Below, piece by piece: positions 12,601 to 24,200 of a stretch of DNA of 64,000 nucleotides. Location: contig NW_020847687.1 in assembly GCF_003704095.1 (NCBI RefSeq), positions 1 to 64,000 on the forward strand. The letters run 5' to 3'. The stretch's first letter is position 1. Each line of letters opens with the position of its first letter. The notes beneath the pieces were generated by a model that searched no databases, was not told where the DNA came from, and worked only from the letters and a program-made list of their open reading frames with translations. Origin of the DNA: Pocillopora damicornis (lineage: Eukaryota). Made by a program: the position numbers and the translations under genes.

Positions 12601-15600
12601 ACTTAAAGTTGTACAAGTATTCGCTTAAATCACAACCACATCTCACCGGTTGACAGCCAATTAAAAATCCTGATAATATAAAATTTATCGTGTCATTCAG
12701 TGCAGGAGATGACAATGGCAGACAATTAGTCGATTCGTCAAGAGAAGTCGAAGCTTCGTTGCTCTCCTCTTGAGCTTCCGCCATTTTGTTTTGCTGTTTG
12801 GAGTCTGGGAGATATGGGAAAGGGTGGCGTTGCGTGACATCACAGCAAAGGGGAGTGATAAAAAGACAGTGTTATGACGGGTTTCTCGCTCAGGATTTCC
12901 GTCTCGTTCACGCAAAAAATAGTAAATAAATAATAAAAATTAAAATAAATTGCAATGTAACCATACATTCATGATGTTGGAATTTTGGTAGCCAGGTCGT
13001 TTTTTTTTTTTAAATATATGGAATAACCACTTACGGATGTAGAGGAGTGAACAGCGCACTTAAAAAAATGGCACTATTCCAAGATTTCCTACAAGCTAGC
13101 TCTCACACAAGGTTCAGGCTGAGATTCAGAGAGGAGTATAAAGGAGCTTGCAAAAGGAGAGCTCATACACAAGCTAACTCAAAGAAGCATAGGGAAGTCA
13201 CCTGCCTGATGCTAGTTAGGATACACTCTAGTGTCAAACCAAGTAGCAGCTGGAAATGTTGAAATTCGCCTTTACCTAACAGTCCCCTCTGATCCAGTGA
13301 ATGTTGTTATCAATCGTTTGTTTTTCTTATTCCAAATTCATTTATCTTCTTTTTCTTGTTCATTAACCCTTTTACTCCCACAAGTGACTAAGACAGAATT
13401 TCTCCTTACAATGTCAATACAATATCAACCAGATAGGTGATGAGAATAAAGAAAAATATCAATTTGGGGATAATTAGTTGATCCAATACTAAATTCTCTG
13501 AACTACCATTATAAGAATTGTATGGTTGACAGTAAGGAGAATTACAAATTTGATCTGGGATTTAAAGGGTTACCTCATAACATCTTTACACACTATCTAA
13601 ATTCAATCATCTAAATCATGCTCATCTCAGTTAGTCCCTTTTCCTCCCTACCAACTGGTGGCTAAAGAGCCTGGCCTTACAGGCCATTTGAAACTCAAGT
13701 GGGGTACCATAGAACCATGGATACAGGTACAAGGAAATGTGTGCATGTTAGAGGGAAGAACTGAAAATCAGATCTTGGAAGTAAAAAAGGTTAAGTAAAA
13801 GAGAGTGCACTTACAGGAAAATCTCTTGTTTTCAAATGAAGAGGTCGTCAGAGGTATGACATTCCCGGGCTAGGTTGTTAGATAAGTGGGTCATTGTTTA
13901 TTTACACTGATGTTAATACAAAGATGTATGTAGTAGCTAAGCAAAGTGTGATACAGTTTCACTGAACGTACGGTTGATCACTCAGGAAAACCTTGCCAAG
14001 AAGCTAACATTTTTTTGGGCAAGAAAAGGATGAAAGCAAGATAAGGATAACCTTTGTTTTACTCCCTGTTCCCTTTAAATTGCATTTGCTATGTTCCCTT
14101 TAGTCATCACCCTGATTGGGTGCCTGTTTGCAGACTGGTTTGTGCATGGAGCACTTTATCAAAAAGGAGAAGGTCTTTTTTTTGGTTTCTCTTTTCACTG
14201 ACATTGTATGCAGCTGAGAAACATTCTGTATCAAATAGTTACCTTACAATTTCAAATTACCTAAAATATTGAGAAAGTTCCTTTAGAGCAAGTATTTTTA
14301 ATTCATAATTAACATTTTACCAATATTTAAAAATATAACCTTTATGAATACATTAAAATGTTGAATTACCTCTCCACCATTTGGCAGAGAAAAGTGCTGT
14401 CCATCCAGCTTGACAAGTACTGGTGAATGTTTCATAGGACACACAAGTATGATGTTACTACAACAAGAACAAAATGTGTTTGGAATCAGTCTTGATGAAC
14501 TGTTCTCAAAGGAGTAATTTCTTTCCTCGCCACACACACTTGCTTGGCTGAGTTCAAAATACTTTTCCCATGGAAAATAGCTATCAAGAAACTCTAAAAA
14601 AAACCCATTCAGAGAAATCATTGTGAAGAATTTGTTAGAAATTTGATCAATTTTTTTTAGATTGCTGTTATGAATTGTGATCATCACACTATCAAATGAT
14701 CCACAGTCAAATTCAGACTGCCTAGCTCTTTAACTCCCATGAGTGACCAAGACAGAATTTCTCCTTACAATATCAATACAATATCAACCAGACAAGTGAT
14801 GAGAATAAAGAAAACTACCAATTTGAGGATAATTAGTTGATCCGATAATAAATTCTCTGAACTAACATTATAAAAATTGTATGGTTGACAGTAAGGAGAA
14901 TTACAAATTTGGTCTAAGAGTTAAAGGGTCAACCCTTGATATCCTAACATCAGTAGGCATATTCTCCATACTGCTCTCATTACATTTCCTAAGATGCTAG
15001 CAAGGAGAATTTGTGTAACAATCAAGAGCTTCCTCAGTTGTTGATCAATAAGTGTATTCTCAAGTCATTGTGATTCAGGTGTGATAGCATAAGGAGAAAT
15101 TAGTTGCTAGTCATGCCTAGGAGTGAAATTTGAGCAATTTTGGTTCATACTCCCTTTTAACCCTTTAACTCCCAAGATCTCATTAGCAATTCTCCTAACT
15201 GTCTGCCAAATGATTCTCATTATGTTAGTTTGGAGAATTTGGTATTGAATCAATAAGTAATCCCTTAATTGATAAGGTGAAGTTCTGTCTTGGTCACTCA
15301 CAGGAGTTAAAGGGTTAAGGAGATTCCAAGGTTTGATTGATTCAGGTATATGAAGCAGGCATATGTGGGGACTTAGTGAGGTGTGCAATGGAACAGTTAG
15401 TACATGCAAGATCAAAATCTGAGGCACAAACTTGTTGCGAGGATGGAACTGGACTTTGGTGACTGGAGATTGAAAACGGTACTTCTGATCACACTCGCCA
15501 GACAGAACATCCCACACAGACACATTCCAGTCATTTGAACCACTCAGTAGTTTGCGTCCATTTCGACTCCAGCTGAATGACACAAATAATGAAAACATGT

Positions 15601-17903
15601 AACAATTAAGAGACTATTTTCAATTAAATCAATTAAGACCACACTCAATCAAAAGAATTATAGCCAATAAACATATTTTTTGCGATGTAATTTGACTTCT
15701 GATAGGGTTATGTTGTATCTTACATTTTTGTACATGAAATCAGGAAGACTCATGAAAAATTGTCTAAACTTATCAGTTTTATATTGAAAAGTTATATTTA
15801 CCCATAGAAAAAATAGCAACATTTTAAGCTTGCTTGGCTGCCCCTTGTGCAGTAAAGGGATAAAAATGTTTTGCATTAACTTTGTTGTTAAAATCTAATA
15901 CTTCCCTGTTCAAACTTTTCAAGTGTTTGATGAACAGAAAGAAAGAACAGAAGTAAATTTTCCAATTGAATTGCAGTAAAAATCATAGTATGTCATATAC
16001 ACATAATTAATGTAATGCCTCATTATAGAATCAAAACCTAAAGAATGCAATTTATTCTGTAAACTTCGTGCTGAATTACTATTACTTGTCATTGGACAAT
16101 ACTTGCTATGCCATATTGTCCTTACCTGACAGATGTGACAGGATGGACATGAGCACTTATAATTTTTGCAATTCCTCTTGTCAAAAAATCCCAGATGACA
16201 ATGCGTCCATCATTGCAGCCGACAGCTAGGAGAGAACCTCTTCTATTGAATGATGCTGTTCCAGCAACACTAACAGAGTCCAAGCTACCATCATATTCCT
16301 GTGATCAAAGTGTAAAGGTTAAAAAGAGTAACATAGTCAAAGCTCCTCACACCACCCCTCTTGTCAATCATTTTTGGTTCCTACTGACGGCATGAGTCAT
16401 AATCACTGGACTCTGTTGCAAGGAACCATCTCTTATAAGTGAATGCAAACATTTGTGATTATCATCTTTGGCTTAAATTTTCTTGCTTTTTATACTTTCC
16501 ATATATCTTCTTGCAATATTTATGGTTTTACTCAGGGAAATGAAATGTTTATCAATATTCTGTAAAAGCCCTTATTATGTGATTGAAGTTAGCTTTATGA
16601 TCATGTCTATTGGTTTATAAACATAACCCTACTTAGTTAACCCTTTACAACCTAACATCAGTATGCATATTCTCCATACTGTTCTCTATACATTTCCTCA
16701 GGTGCTGATAAGGAGAATTAGCTTAACAATCCAGAGCTTCTGTAATTGTTGATTATTTCCATTGTTCTCATGACTCTTGTGTGGGATTCAGGGGTGATAT
16801 TGTAAGGAGAAATTAGATTCTGGTCACTCTTAGAGGTTAAAGGGTTAAAGCATTTCTGGTGTCTGAATGGATTTTTTGCATTTATGATGACCCTGAGGCA
16901 ACCACACTAAGGCCATGACTGAAAATCATGACATTCAAAGGTCTAAGCTCTCAAAACAGGCCATCTCCTGTGAATAACGCACGCTTAACATATCAATTAA
17001 TTGCAGTCACCCAGTTGAGAAACAATTTCTTTCAACTTAGAATTGTCTTCAGTAGAGGAACTCATTCTTACCTCAGGATAGCTTTGCCCGAAAGACTCTG
17101 AAATTTGATAAAACCACTTCAATTTATATATCACTGACTAGTAAACTGTAACATACTCACACAAGTCAACACCTTTTATTAACTGAGTTTGAGATCTCTA
17201 CTATAAATTATAGACCAGGTTTTCTCCACTCAGATTTATGGCCTAGGCATGAAGCAAGCAGGCCTTAACTCTAAGTGGAAAAATGGTGTTCCCATACTAG
17301 TAGGACAGACTGAGGAAACAAGGTCAGTAAGATATTTATCATACCACTAGGTTCAAATAGAGCGGGCCATAAAGCTAAATACAGTCTGCTTAATTAACCA
17401 ATCATAGGGCCTGTACTAACTGAGAGGTAAAAGAAATCAGAATTTTTTTCCATAGGGTACACTCCTCATCGTGTGGTTAAATGACGTCTGTATCTTCATA
17501 GCAACACGAACATCACAAACTTCAGTGGACCATATCTGACATAGGTTTGGAGTGATCAACAGTTACCAGAGAGCCAGGTTTGGGAAAAATCAGTTCTCTG
17601 AGGAACAGATAAAGTCCATGGACAAGTATATGAAAACTTTTTTTCTCCAAGTAGAAGGATATGTAGTTGGGCGTTTATCATTGATTAATCTCTACGAGAT
17701 GAGCTTTACACTGCCGTCACAGAGAGCTTTAAGAGGTTATCAATTAGCAAGCAATCAACCAAAACAACATACACTGAAGGCCATAGATTACATGATAACA
17801 AATAGAATTAACACAGGCCTAGAAAACTTGCAAATAAACGACTAAGACCTGCGCAGTTTTGACAGAAACTGGTGTCATACTCACGAAGAAGTTCAAGATT
17901 CAT
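3650..17903 (-). CDS. RBBP5: Retinoblastoma-binding protein 5 (COMPASS/MLL WD40 subunit), 17 coding exons
   Basis: Exons: 17885-17903, 17072-17097, 16126-16298, 15432-15572, 14370-14457, 9323-9394, 8697-8726, 8354-8433, 7784-7909, 7361-7413, 6601-6701, 6310-6381, 5938-6021, 5583-5686, 5166-5259, 4597-4735, 3650-3792. They translate to [15 protein letters not shown]...[23 protein letters not shown]...[13 protein letters not shown]...[52 protein letters not shown], with GT-AG introns in consistent phases. Confidence 0.97.
6890..7188. other. Assembly gap (N run) within an RBBP5 intron
   Basis: N run. The flanking RBBP5 exons are consecutive, so no coding exon is lost. Confidence 0.99.
7474..7608. 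mobile_element. Foldback (palindromic) MITE
   Basis: gatcaatatcagtatctgggcaactgccaacctacccctcccctaac pairs with gttaggggaggggtaggtgggcagttgcccagacactgatactgatc. Confidence 0.8.
8975..9190. mobile_element. TTAA-flanked piggyBac-type MITE (subfamily B)
   Basis: TTAA|CCCTT...AAAGGG|TTAA. The internal sequence is shared, in either orientation, with copies near 5305, 16637, 19607, 30783 and 54094. Confidence 0.8.
10754..12784 (-). CDS. Intronless Mab-21/cGAS-like receptor (cGLR) nucleotidyltransferase, 676 aa, nested in RBBP5 intron 9395-14369
   Basis: Motifs: YTGSKAEG...ADDDFMFV (GS plus DxD), HGPA...DFVCALPC (third acidic residue), [43 protein letters not shown] helical C-terminal extension follows. 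Confidence 0.92.
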   Translation of the reverse strand: MAEAQEESNEASTSLDESTNCLPLSSPALNDTINFILSGFLIGCQPVRCGCDLSEYLYNFKSMDDSQTLVTFHYTGSKAEGIERAADDDFMFVNHNFRVVNQSTSIIEEEKEVSYFIASDLHPGYVHLRRNNVKSGHNDFKLTENDGFLRSDVVKAFMLESDPEETENDDDFFGDLTEHGPALTDDAHNQDFVCALPCCEWPDIASEFASRPREFNQPSPEIIEKIVSKGCLYVGVGHPCSEDRGKEWRLSFSLAEKTLIRCWSDVKIKCYIAVKSLCKENLSAEPKVICSYFIKTAIFWLSERMPESSWDEERILECILVIIEELLSYTTSGTCPNYFVVSNNMMDHLDFEQRKDAISILESMVSDLPLAILQSQLAADTFRSSGDFVTLYLVLKNSDSPSNAESQLAQVNSHNSLNHFQNNENYFESMHLTETLQEFKHFFFRRLESGKVEHVAKVILDDLPRVITDPSFQSAYEKLLFLSLGDSYHLMALSTCGSSAEQQQGLLAQAESWISKAGVLKHPSGFEDGGIHSSAVKCLFYYTNGDKKRATDLCNEECDKLYSDLSNLRNLCHWSCAVVITRKEAEHFSSIDSSFIAILAEGDLLFSPVSIILYIAIKCSRNEEQCCKFSKCFEDLQQWFPPQITYYEKELHKNHVSLRNILTQDGILQLQNLELQ
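13363..13572. mobile_element. TTAA-flanked piggyBac-type MITE (subfamily A)
   Basis: ttaacccttttactccc...gatctgggatttaaagggtta. Closely similar to copies near 9539, 14730, 15157 and 34194. Confidence 0.8.
15157..15318. mobile_element. piggyBac-type MITE (subfamily A, reverse orientation, internally deleted)
   Basis: TTAACCCTTTAACTCC ... GGAGTTAAAGGGTTAA, perfect TIRs. Confidence 0.8.
16637..16848. mobile_element. piggyBac-type MITE (subfamily B)
   Basis: TTAACCCTTTA ... TAAAGGGTTAA, with internal catcagtatgcatattctccatactg. Confidence 0.8.
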
Positions 17904-18220
17904 GGCAGATTTCTGTTTGTATTCCTATTACCGCATAAATGATCACATGAACACGACGCTATTTACGTGATGCTCGAGGATCCATATATTCCTTTCAAAA
18001 AGTTTCCAATAGTAAGTACGACTTTGCCGCCTCGCGTGTCGATCAAAGCGATTAATTTATCTTTTGTTGTCAGCGCCAGCGGTTTTCCATCTTAAAGGTG
18101 CGCACGCTCCCGTTAGGACGCCGCTCGACGCTCGACGGGGAGACGTGTGAAAAACGCTTTGCTTTGGCTTTTACTTAAGTGCCGTTTTCATCTATGTTTC
18201 ATTAAAATCACTGATTTGAG
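17904..18220. promoter_or_regulatory. Bidirectional CpG-rich promoter between RBBP5 and SNAPC2
   Basis: Divergent ATGs about 317 bp apart, with high local CpG density compared with both gene bodies. Confidence 0.75.
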
Positions 18221-21200
18221 ATGTCACGTCGACGAAAGGTAAGACCGTTATTAATTTGTAAACACGATAAACCGTTTTGTGTGGGCGGTCGTTCGCAGAA
18301 ATGTCAAAGGGAAAAAGTAGCTGAGTTGAAACTTCGGCAATAAGCCAAGTGGAAATTAACAGATCGAAGATTTGACAACGTAGTCTAGAATCTGCAGTGT
18401 AAAAATTCCCAGTAGATTTCGCGATCTCCTTAAAAAGACATACTTCAATTAATAAATAGATTCGTTTTCGGGGCCTGAAGTTACGGTAAAGAAATTATGA
18501 AAGGGTTCGTACGCTGATAATTTGATCGGCATAATTAATGCCAGTTCAGCCTCATTGAAAATGAAACGTTTTATTTTTTTAGAGATCAGCTCTTCCGAAT
18601 TATGAGCTTCTGTGGTACATTTTTTTATCACAAGCTAATACAGAACCAGATCAAAACCTTAGTTCTTTTAATACCACATGATCATCAGTTAATTTATGTG
18701 CATTTCACGAAAAGCATCTAAACCGATGAATCAATCGAAAAATACTGTACAAGAATTAATTATATCTACAGAATTAATGAACTTGTAGATTGCACAGTTT
18801 AGTAGATTTTTTACTGCAAAGCGATTCCAGCTCTCAATTATGGTTTTGGTCAAAATCCTTTTAGGACAGCAAGATCTGACTTGACGTGACCACCTCTCTG
18901 GTCTAAACATTAGTCGCTGTTTTTTTTTTTGCCATGTTTGTTTTGACTGAATCTAATCTAGCGATTTTATTGTAGATTAGGACAAAGGTGCACACCCCAA
19001 ATCTACTCTCTCGCCAGTTCCAGTTTTCTTATCTTGTGATTGGCTTGTGACTTATTTTTACCTTTTATCTTCTGAGTTTGTCTTGACATGTTTTTTTTGT
19101 TCTTTTAGAAAAATATGTATAACATCCTAGCAGTGAGTCTCTTGTTCTCATTCCTTCCTATTTTTGAAATTCCAGTTTTGCTCCATGCTTTCTTTAAGTG
19201 GTTTGGATTCTTGAGATCCTCATCCTTTTTTCCGGGATATAATCAAGTTTTCCTCCTTGGGGTTGTAAACATTTATTGTCATTTCAGAAATGGAACATAT
19301 ATATTCATGGCACTTCATGTTTTCTAAGTCTTTCAAATGAAAGTGAAAAAGGTCCTAATACCAGACAGTTTAGTGCCAGGAAATTACTGTTTTTATTATC
19401 AAGTTAAGAGCTGAATTTGGCAGTGATAAATTTAGCTCTGCACACATTTATTTTCATCCTCTTTTTGGAGCAGAGTGGAGCAATTGAAACGACATCCAAG
19501 GATCAGAAAGCTGATAATGATGACGATAAATTAACAATGAATGATTCCAAGGTGGAATGGAGTGATCAGGAGAAGAGACGTCTTTTAGATGCTTTAAAAA
19601 AGTATGTTAACCCTCTAAACCCCTAAGAGTGACTGGCATCTAATTTATCCTCACAATATCACCCCTGAATAAAACATTAAGGTCATGAGAATAAGGGAAA
19701 TGATCACCAACTAAAGAAGCTTGTGATTGTTAAACAAATTCTCCTTTTCAGAACCTTAAGAAAATGTATAGAGAAAGTATGGAGAATATGCATACTGATG
19801 TTAGAGTGTAAGTGGGCCTAACCCTTTGACTCCAAAGATCTGATTGTCGATTCTCCCCATAAACTGCTATACATCTCTTAACCTTATAAATTAGCTAAAA
19901 GAATTTGGTTTTTTTAGATCAAGAGAACAATCTCTACCTGAGGGGTTGGAATATTTTCATTACATGTTTGCTGGATAAGTTAGCGAGATGGTACATGTTA
20001 ATCACTTCTAGGAGTTTAAGGGTTTAGATGCAATCATTGAAAACAAATGCGTATTGCATAAGGGCCCCCTTAATTTTTTTGGTCATTTTGGAAAGATCAA
20101 TCATTGTAAGTTACTGAAGTTCTGCCAATGCCTTTGCTTGTTTTAGCATAACTATCATTTGCTATCTCCAAGCAGCTGTGTATTCCCTCCTTTTTCTAGT
20201 AATTAAGCTATGAGTAACTTAATATTGTTTTTATTTTTCTTGTTTTAACCTTTTTGTCATTTATCAGATATAAAGAGCAAAAATAATAAGCCATATTAAT
20301 GGTTTTCAAATTTATTTCTGTCTCAATAATGCTTTTTATTTAACCAGCTGGAGGCTGACAGTTATGTTGTTAACATACTTCAGGGTAATGTGTGTGAAAT
20401 ATTGCTTTCATTCAATTTGACACAGAGATGAGGGAAAAAACAACTGGCGTTGGATTGCAAGACAAGTGAAAACAAGAACAACAGCACAGGTTAATTAGAA
20501 TGCATAGCATTTTGAATTTTGTTGTTTAATTTTCTTGGCTGATGAATTGAGCTGCTGATTGACATTGATGAATTGAGCTGCTGATTGACATTCTGTCAAT
20601 CAAGTTAAAAATGCTATCTAACCATCAGTATTTCTACATCCATGTTTTGTGTCTGAGTAACAGGCAAGAGAAGCTTATGAAATATTTTTCTACAGGTGAA
20701 AGACTTTGCTTCAAAACTCAGGACAGAAAAGCAAGGTTTGTTAACTTAACAAGTGAAGAAGTTATATTGAAATTTTGAAAATCATGCCTTAAAATTTCCT
20801 CATTTGTCGGTCTTCTGTGTTTTCTTGTTCAGCATCCAACAAGAGACCAATTGCACCAAAAGATGACAGTCCACTTGAGGTATTAAAAAACTTATTTCAT
20901 GGAAAATGACATGACTTTGTGTAACTTTCTGTGCTGCTGAATTTGAATGTTATTTTTTTATTATTATGTTGTGTGTCAAGGCATGGATTAATGTGACAAA
21001 GAGACTGAGAGGTGACAGTGATGTAGATGGGACTTGTATTCCTCAGGTATGAATTCTCCATTTGGCTTGTTAAACATTTACAGTACAAATAAGCTTAGTA
21101 CATGTGAAGATTCAAGTTATTCTTTCACATTCCTGCATCAAGCTTCTCAATGATGGTTTTGGTAGATTTCTGTATTGATCTTGAATTATCAAGCTGATTA

Positions 21201-24200
21201 AAGGATTGTTAACTGCAAATTCTGTGAACTTTTTGGATTTTTAAGCGTATCCACTAGGAATGACTAAGATCTCTCGTATGGGTGGGAGGTAGTATTCTTA
21301 ATTAATCTCATGCATTGCTCCTTTGTATGGCATTTTTTGTGAGAGTGTGAAATAATGTAGAGATTTAATTAAATTTTAGCTCACAATGATTTAAATCTAT
21401 TTGACCTATATGTCCAACAAAATTTTACATGTTGTTGTATATTGGCATTAAGTCAAACACAGTGGTACATGATGTTGTAGGTTCAGATTAAGTATAGTCT
21501 CAAATGGGTGTAGTCATTTTTAATTTCATATCATTTTGTTTGTTTTTCCCTATTAAGTACTTTATTTGCAAAAAAATCTGAGCGACATTGCCAACAAGAC
21601 ATATATGCAACTGCAAGCATAATCTCCAAAAGGAAAAAAAGTATTATGCAATGTTGCATGACATACTATCACTACTTTCTTACCCTTATATAGTAAGTGA
21701 GAGGACTTATAGCATAGTGGTGTGCCAATGAAGTTTACCTTAAATTCTTTCTTTACTATAATTTTTTAGTTACTTTATTACAAGACTGTATACATTTCCC
21801 TGATGAAAAAATTTTTGGAAATTCTAAGACCAATTGGTGACTGATTTGGTTCAAACTGTGTGCTCCTGCTGCTAATTTAAGGTTAAAGTTATAGATATAA
21901 GGTAGACTAAATTTATATGAGAAGCCACTGAGAATGGAAAGGCATCCTCCCAATGCCTTTTACAACAGAATCAAACTGCAGAAACAACACCATCGGAAGA
22001 ATTGTTGGAAAAGGAAGTTAACAGCTGCAACAACCATGTTGACCCTGGTATGGAGAAAAGTGACGAAAATAAAGAGGAATCACAGGATCCAGCAGGTGAA
22101 AGCACAGATGAAAATCAAACTGGTCCAGTATCCAAAATCGACCATGACAAAAACAACCATGAGATAGACTATATTATGGTAAGACTATGAGGATATCAAA
22201 CCTAACTGCACCAAGCAAAATACTCATCAGTGCCAAAATTTTTCCATTTAGAATTTAGTGCTGATCGGGTTCACTTCATACATGGTCTATGTGATGTTAT
22301 AAGAATGTAGAAAAAACTACATACCAGTACTTCATGGTTTAAAGCTGCAGTTGAAATAGGCAAAATGAGTAAAGTGATTTTAAAACTATGGGGCCTGTTG
22401 GTTCTTTTTTTTTACCTCTTCTGTGTTGGAGAGGGAATACTCTCTTTCACCAATTCAGTGTTTGTGCCCTATCCCTGTATTAGACCTACCACACTGTCAT
22501 CTTGAATATTTGCAGGAACATCAAATACAAAATGCCCATCTTACATGATTTCTTTCAGGTTATTTTAGAGCTAAATTAATTTTATAATCCCAAGTCACAG
22601 ATAAGGTCTTGGAAAAGGTAATGGAATTGAACGATTTCTAAAGATTGCAAACCCTGAGTGACACAAAGGTTCTTCTTGTCATTCTTTAATTTTTTGTTTT
22701 TGTTTTTTGCAGAAGGACATTTTGACTAATCAGAGACAAATGATGGAGAAAATTGATGTTTTAGACTCCAAACTTGAAAAGCTGCAGTCTAATAACCAAT
22801 CCTCACCATCAACTGTAATGGAATTGTTGGCTAAGATCAATGAAAGACTCGATCAGCTCAGCAAGAATGCATCCCATGCTTGTTGTAGTGGACCTATCAT
22901 TCTTCAAACAACTCGTCATGCCAATGTTGTACATCAACCTGTCCTTGATCCCTGTCTATCTTGTAGAGACATGATAAGAAACGACAGAACTGAAATTTTA
23001 CCAGTAGCTCCTTCAGAAGATAATATCTCAAGCATCTCATGTCCTTTAAACACAAATTCTGAATCAACAAAAGCTTCAAATGTAAATAGCACAGGGAATG
23101 ATTCTTCTAAGTGTGTTTCTGGGCAACAACATTGTGTGGATTTTGTCTCCGACAAGCAGAATGATTCTTACCCTGAACCACAAATTATGGTTACCAGCCA
23201 TCACACATCTTCTCCAAGAGTTACCTCAAGTGTTCATGGTGCACCTCCTGAAGATCTCTCTGAACCACCAAAAAACAATAAAGGTAGCGTTCTGAAAAAG
23301 GTGTCTTGTGTATCAGAAAGTGAGGACATTTCACCAAGTATGTCAAGTGAACAAACTTCGCCAGCCACTAAACATTCTTCAAAGACAGATGCTTATATTT
23401 TTCTCAGTAAAGAAAGTAGCTCCATGCCAAAGGGATCCCATTGTAAAACTGTAATTGTTAGTCAACCTTCAATCAGTGCGATAAACAACTCTCCTCCATC
23501 AGCAAAAGAAGTTTCAAATTTTTCAAGACAACAGCGAATTTCATCCTCTCAAGCTGAGTGCAGAAATGTGTCTTCTCCTTCATGTACTCAACATTTTATA
23601 ACAGCATCCACACATGTTCCTTCTGTAAACAGGTCACAAGTGCGAATTACACCCTTATCCCAGCCGTCTTTCAGTGGTGGTGAGATTGTGTTATCTAACA
23701 GCCATGCTGTTGGAAAAAATCCATCATCACATGCAACAGAAATGCAGCTTGATTATAAATCCACGGCAACAGTTTTTCCAGACACTTCATGTACTGTCTC
23801 CAGCCTGTCATCTGGACAGAGCCATTTTACTCCACAACGGGCCATCTTGGTGGCTAATGGCTCTACCAGCAGTACACCATCACATAATACATGTGATAAA
23901 CCCTCTTCAGGTGTTCAAGTGCTTCAAGAACCTTCACCTCCAGAGCAAAAGAACATTCCGCCAGGTTACATAGCCCTTTCACACACTCCAACTGTTCCCC
24001 CATCTCCAAGCACACCAAACAACACAACTGCATGGCAGCCTCAAACAGTGATGTCAACAGGGTCTAGTCATGCCATGCATCAAAGAACAGAGTTCCACAG
24101 TTCTCCAGCCTCACATGCCATTCTTTCAACACCTGGTGAGTGAATTTAGACATGCATGCAGGTAATAGGTACACATTAAGACATGTGACTCTAATCTTTT

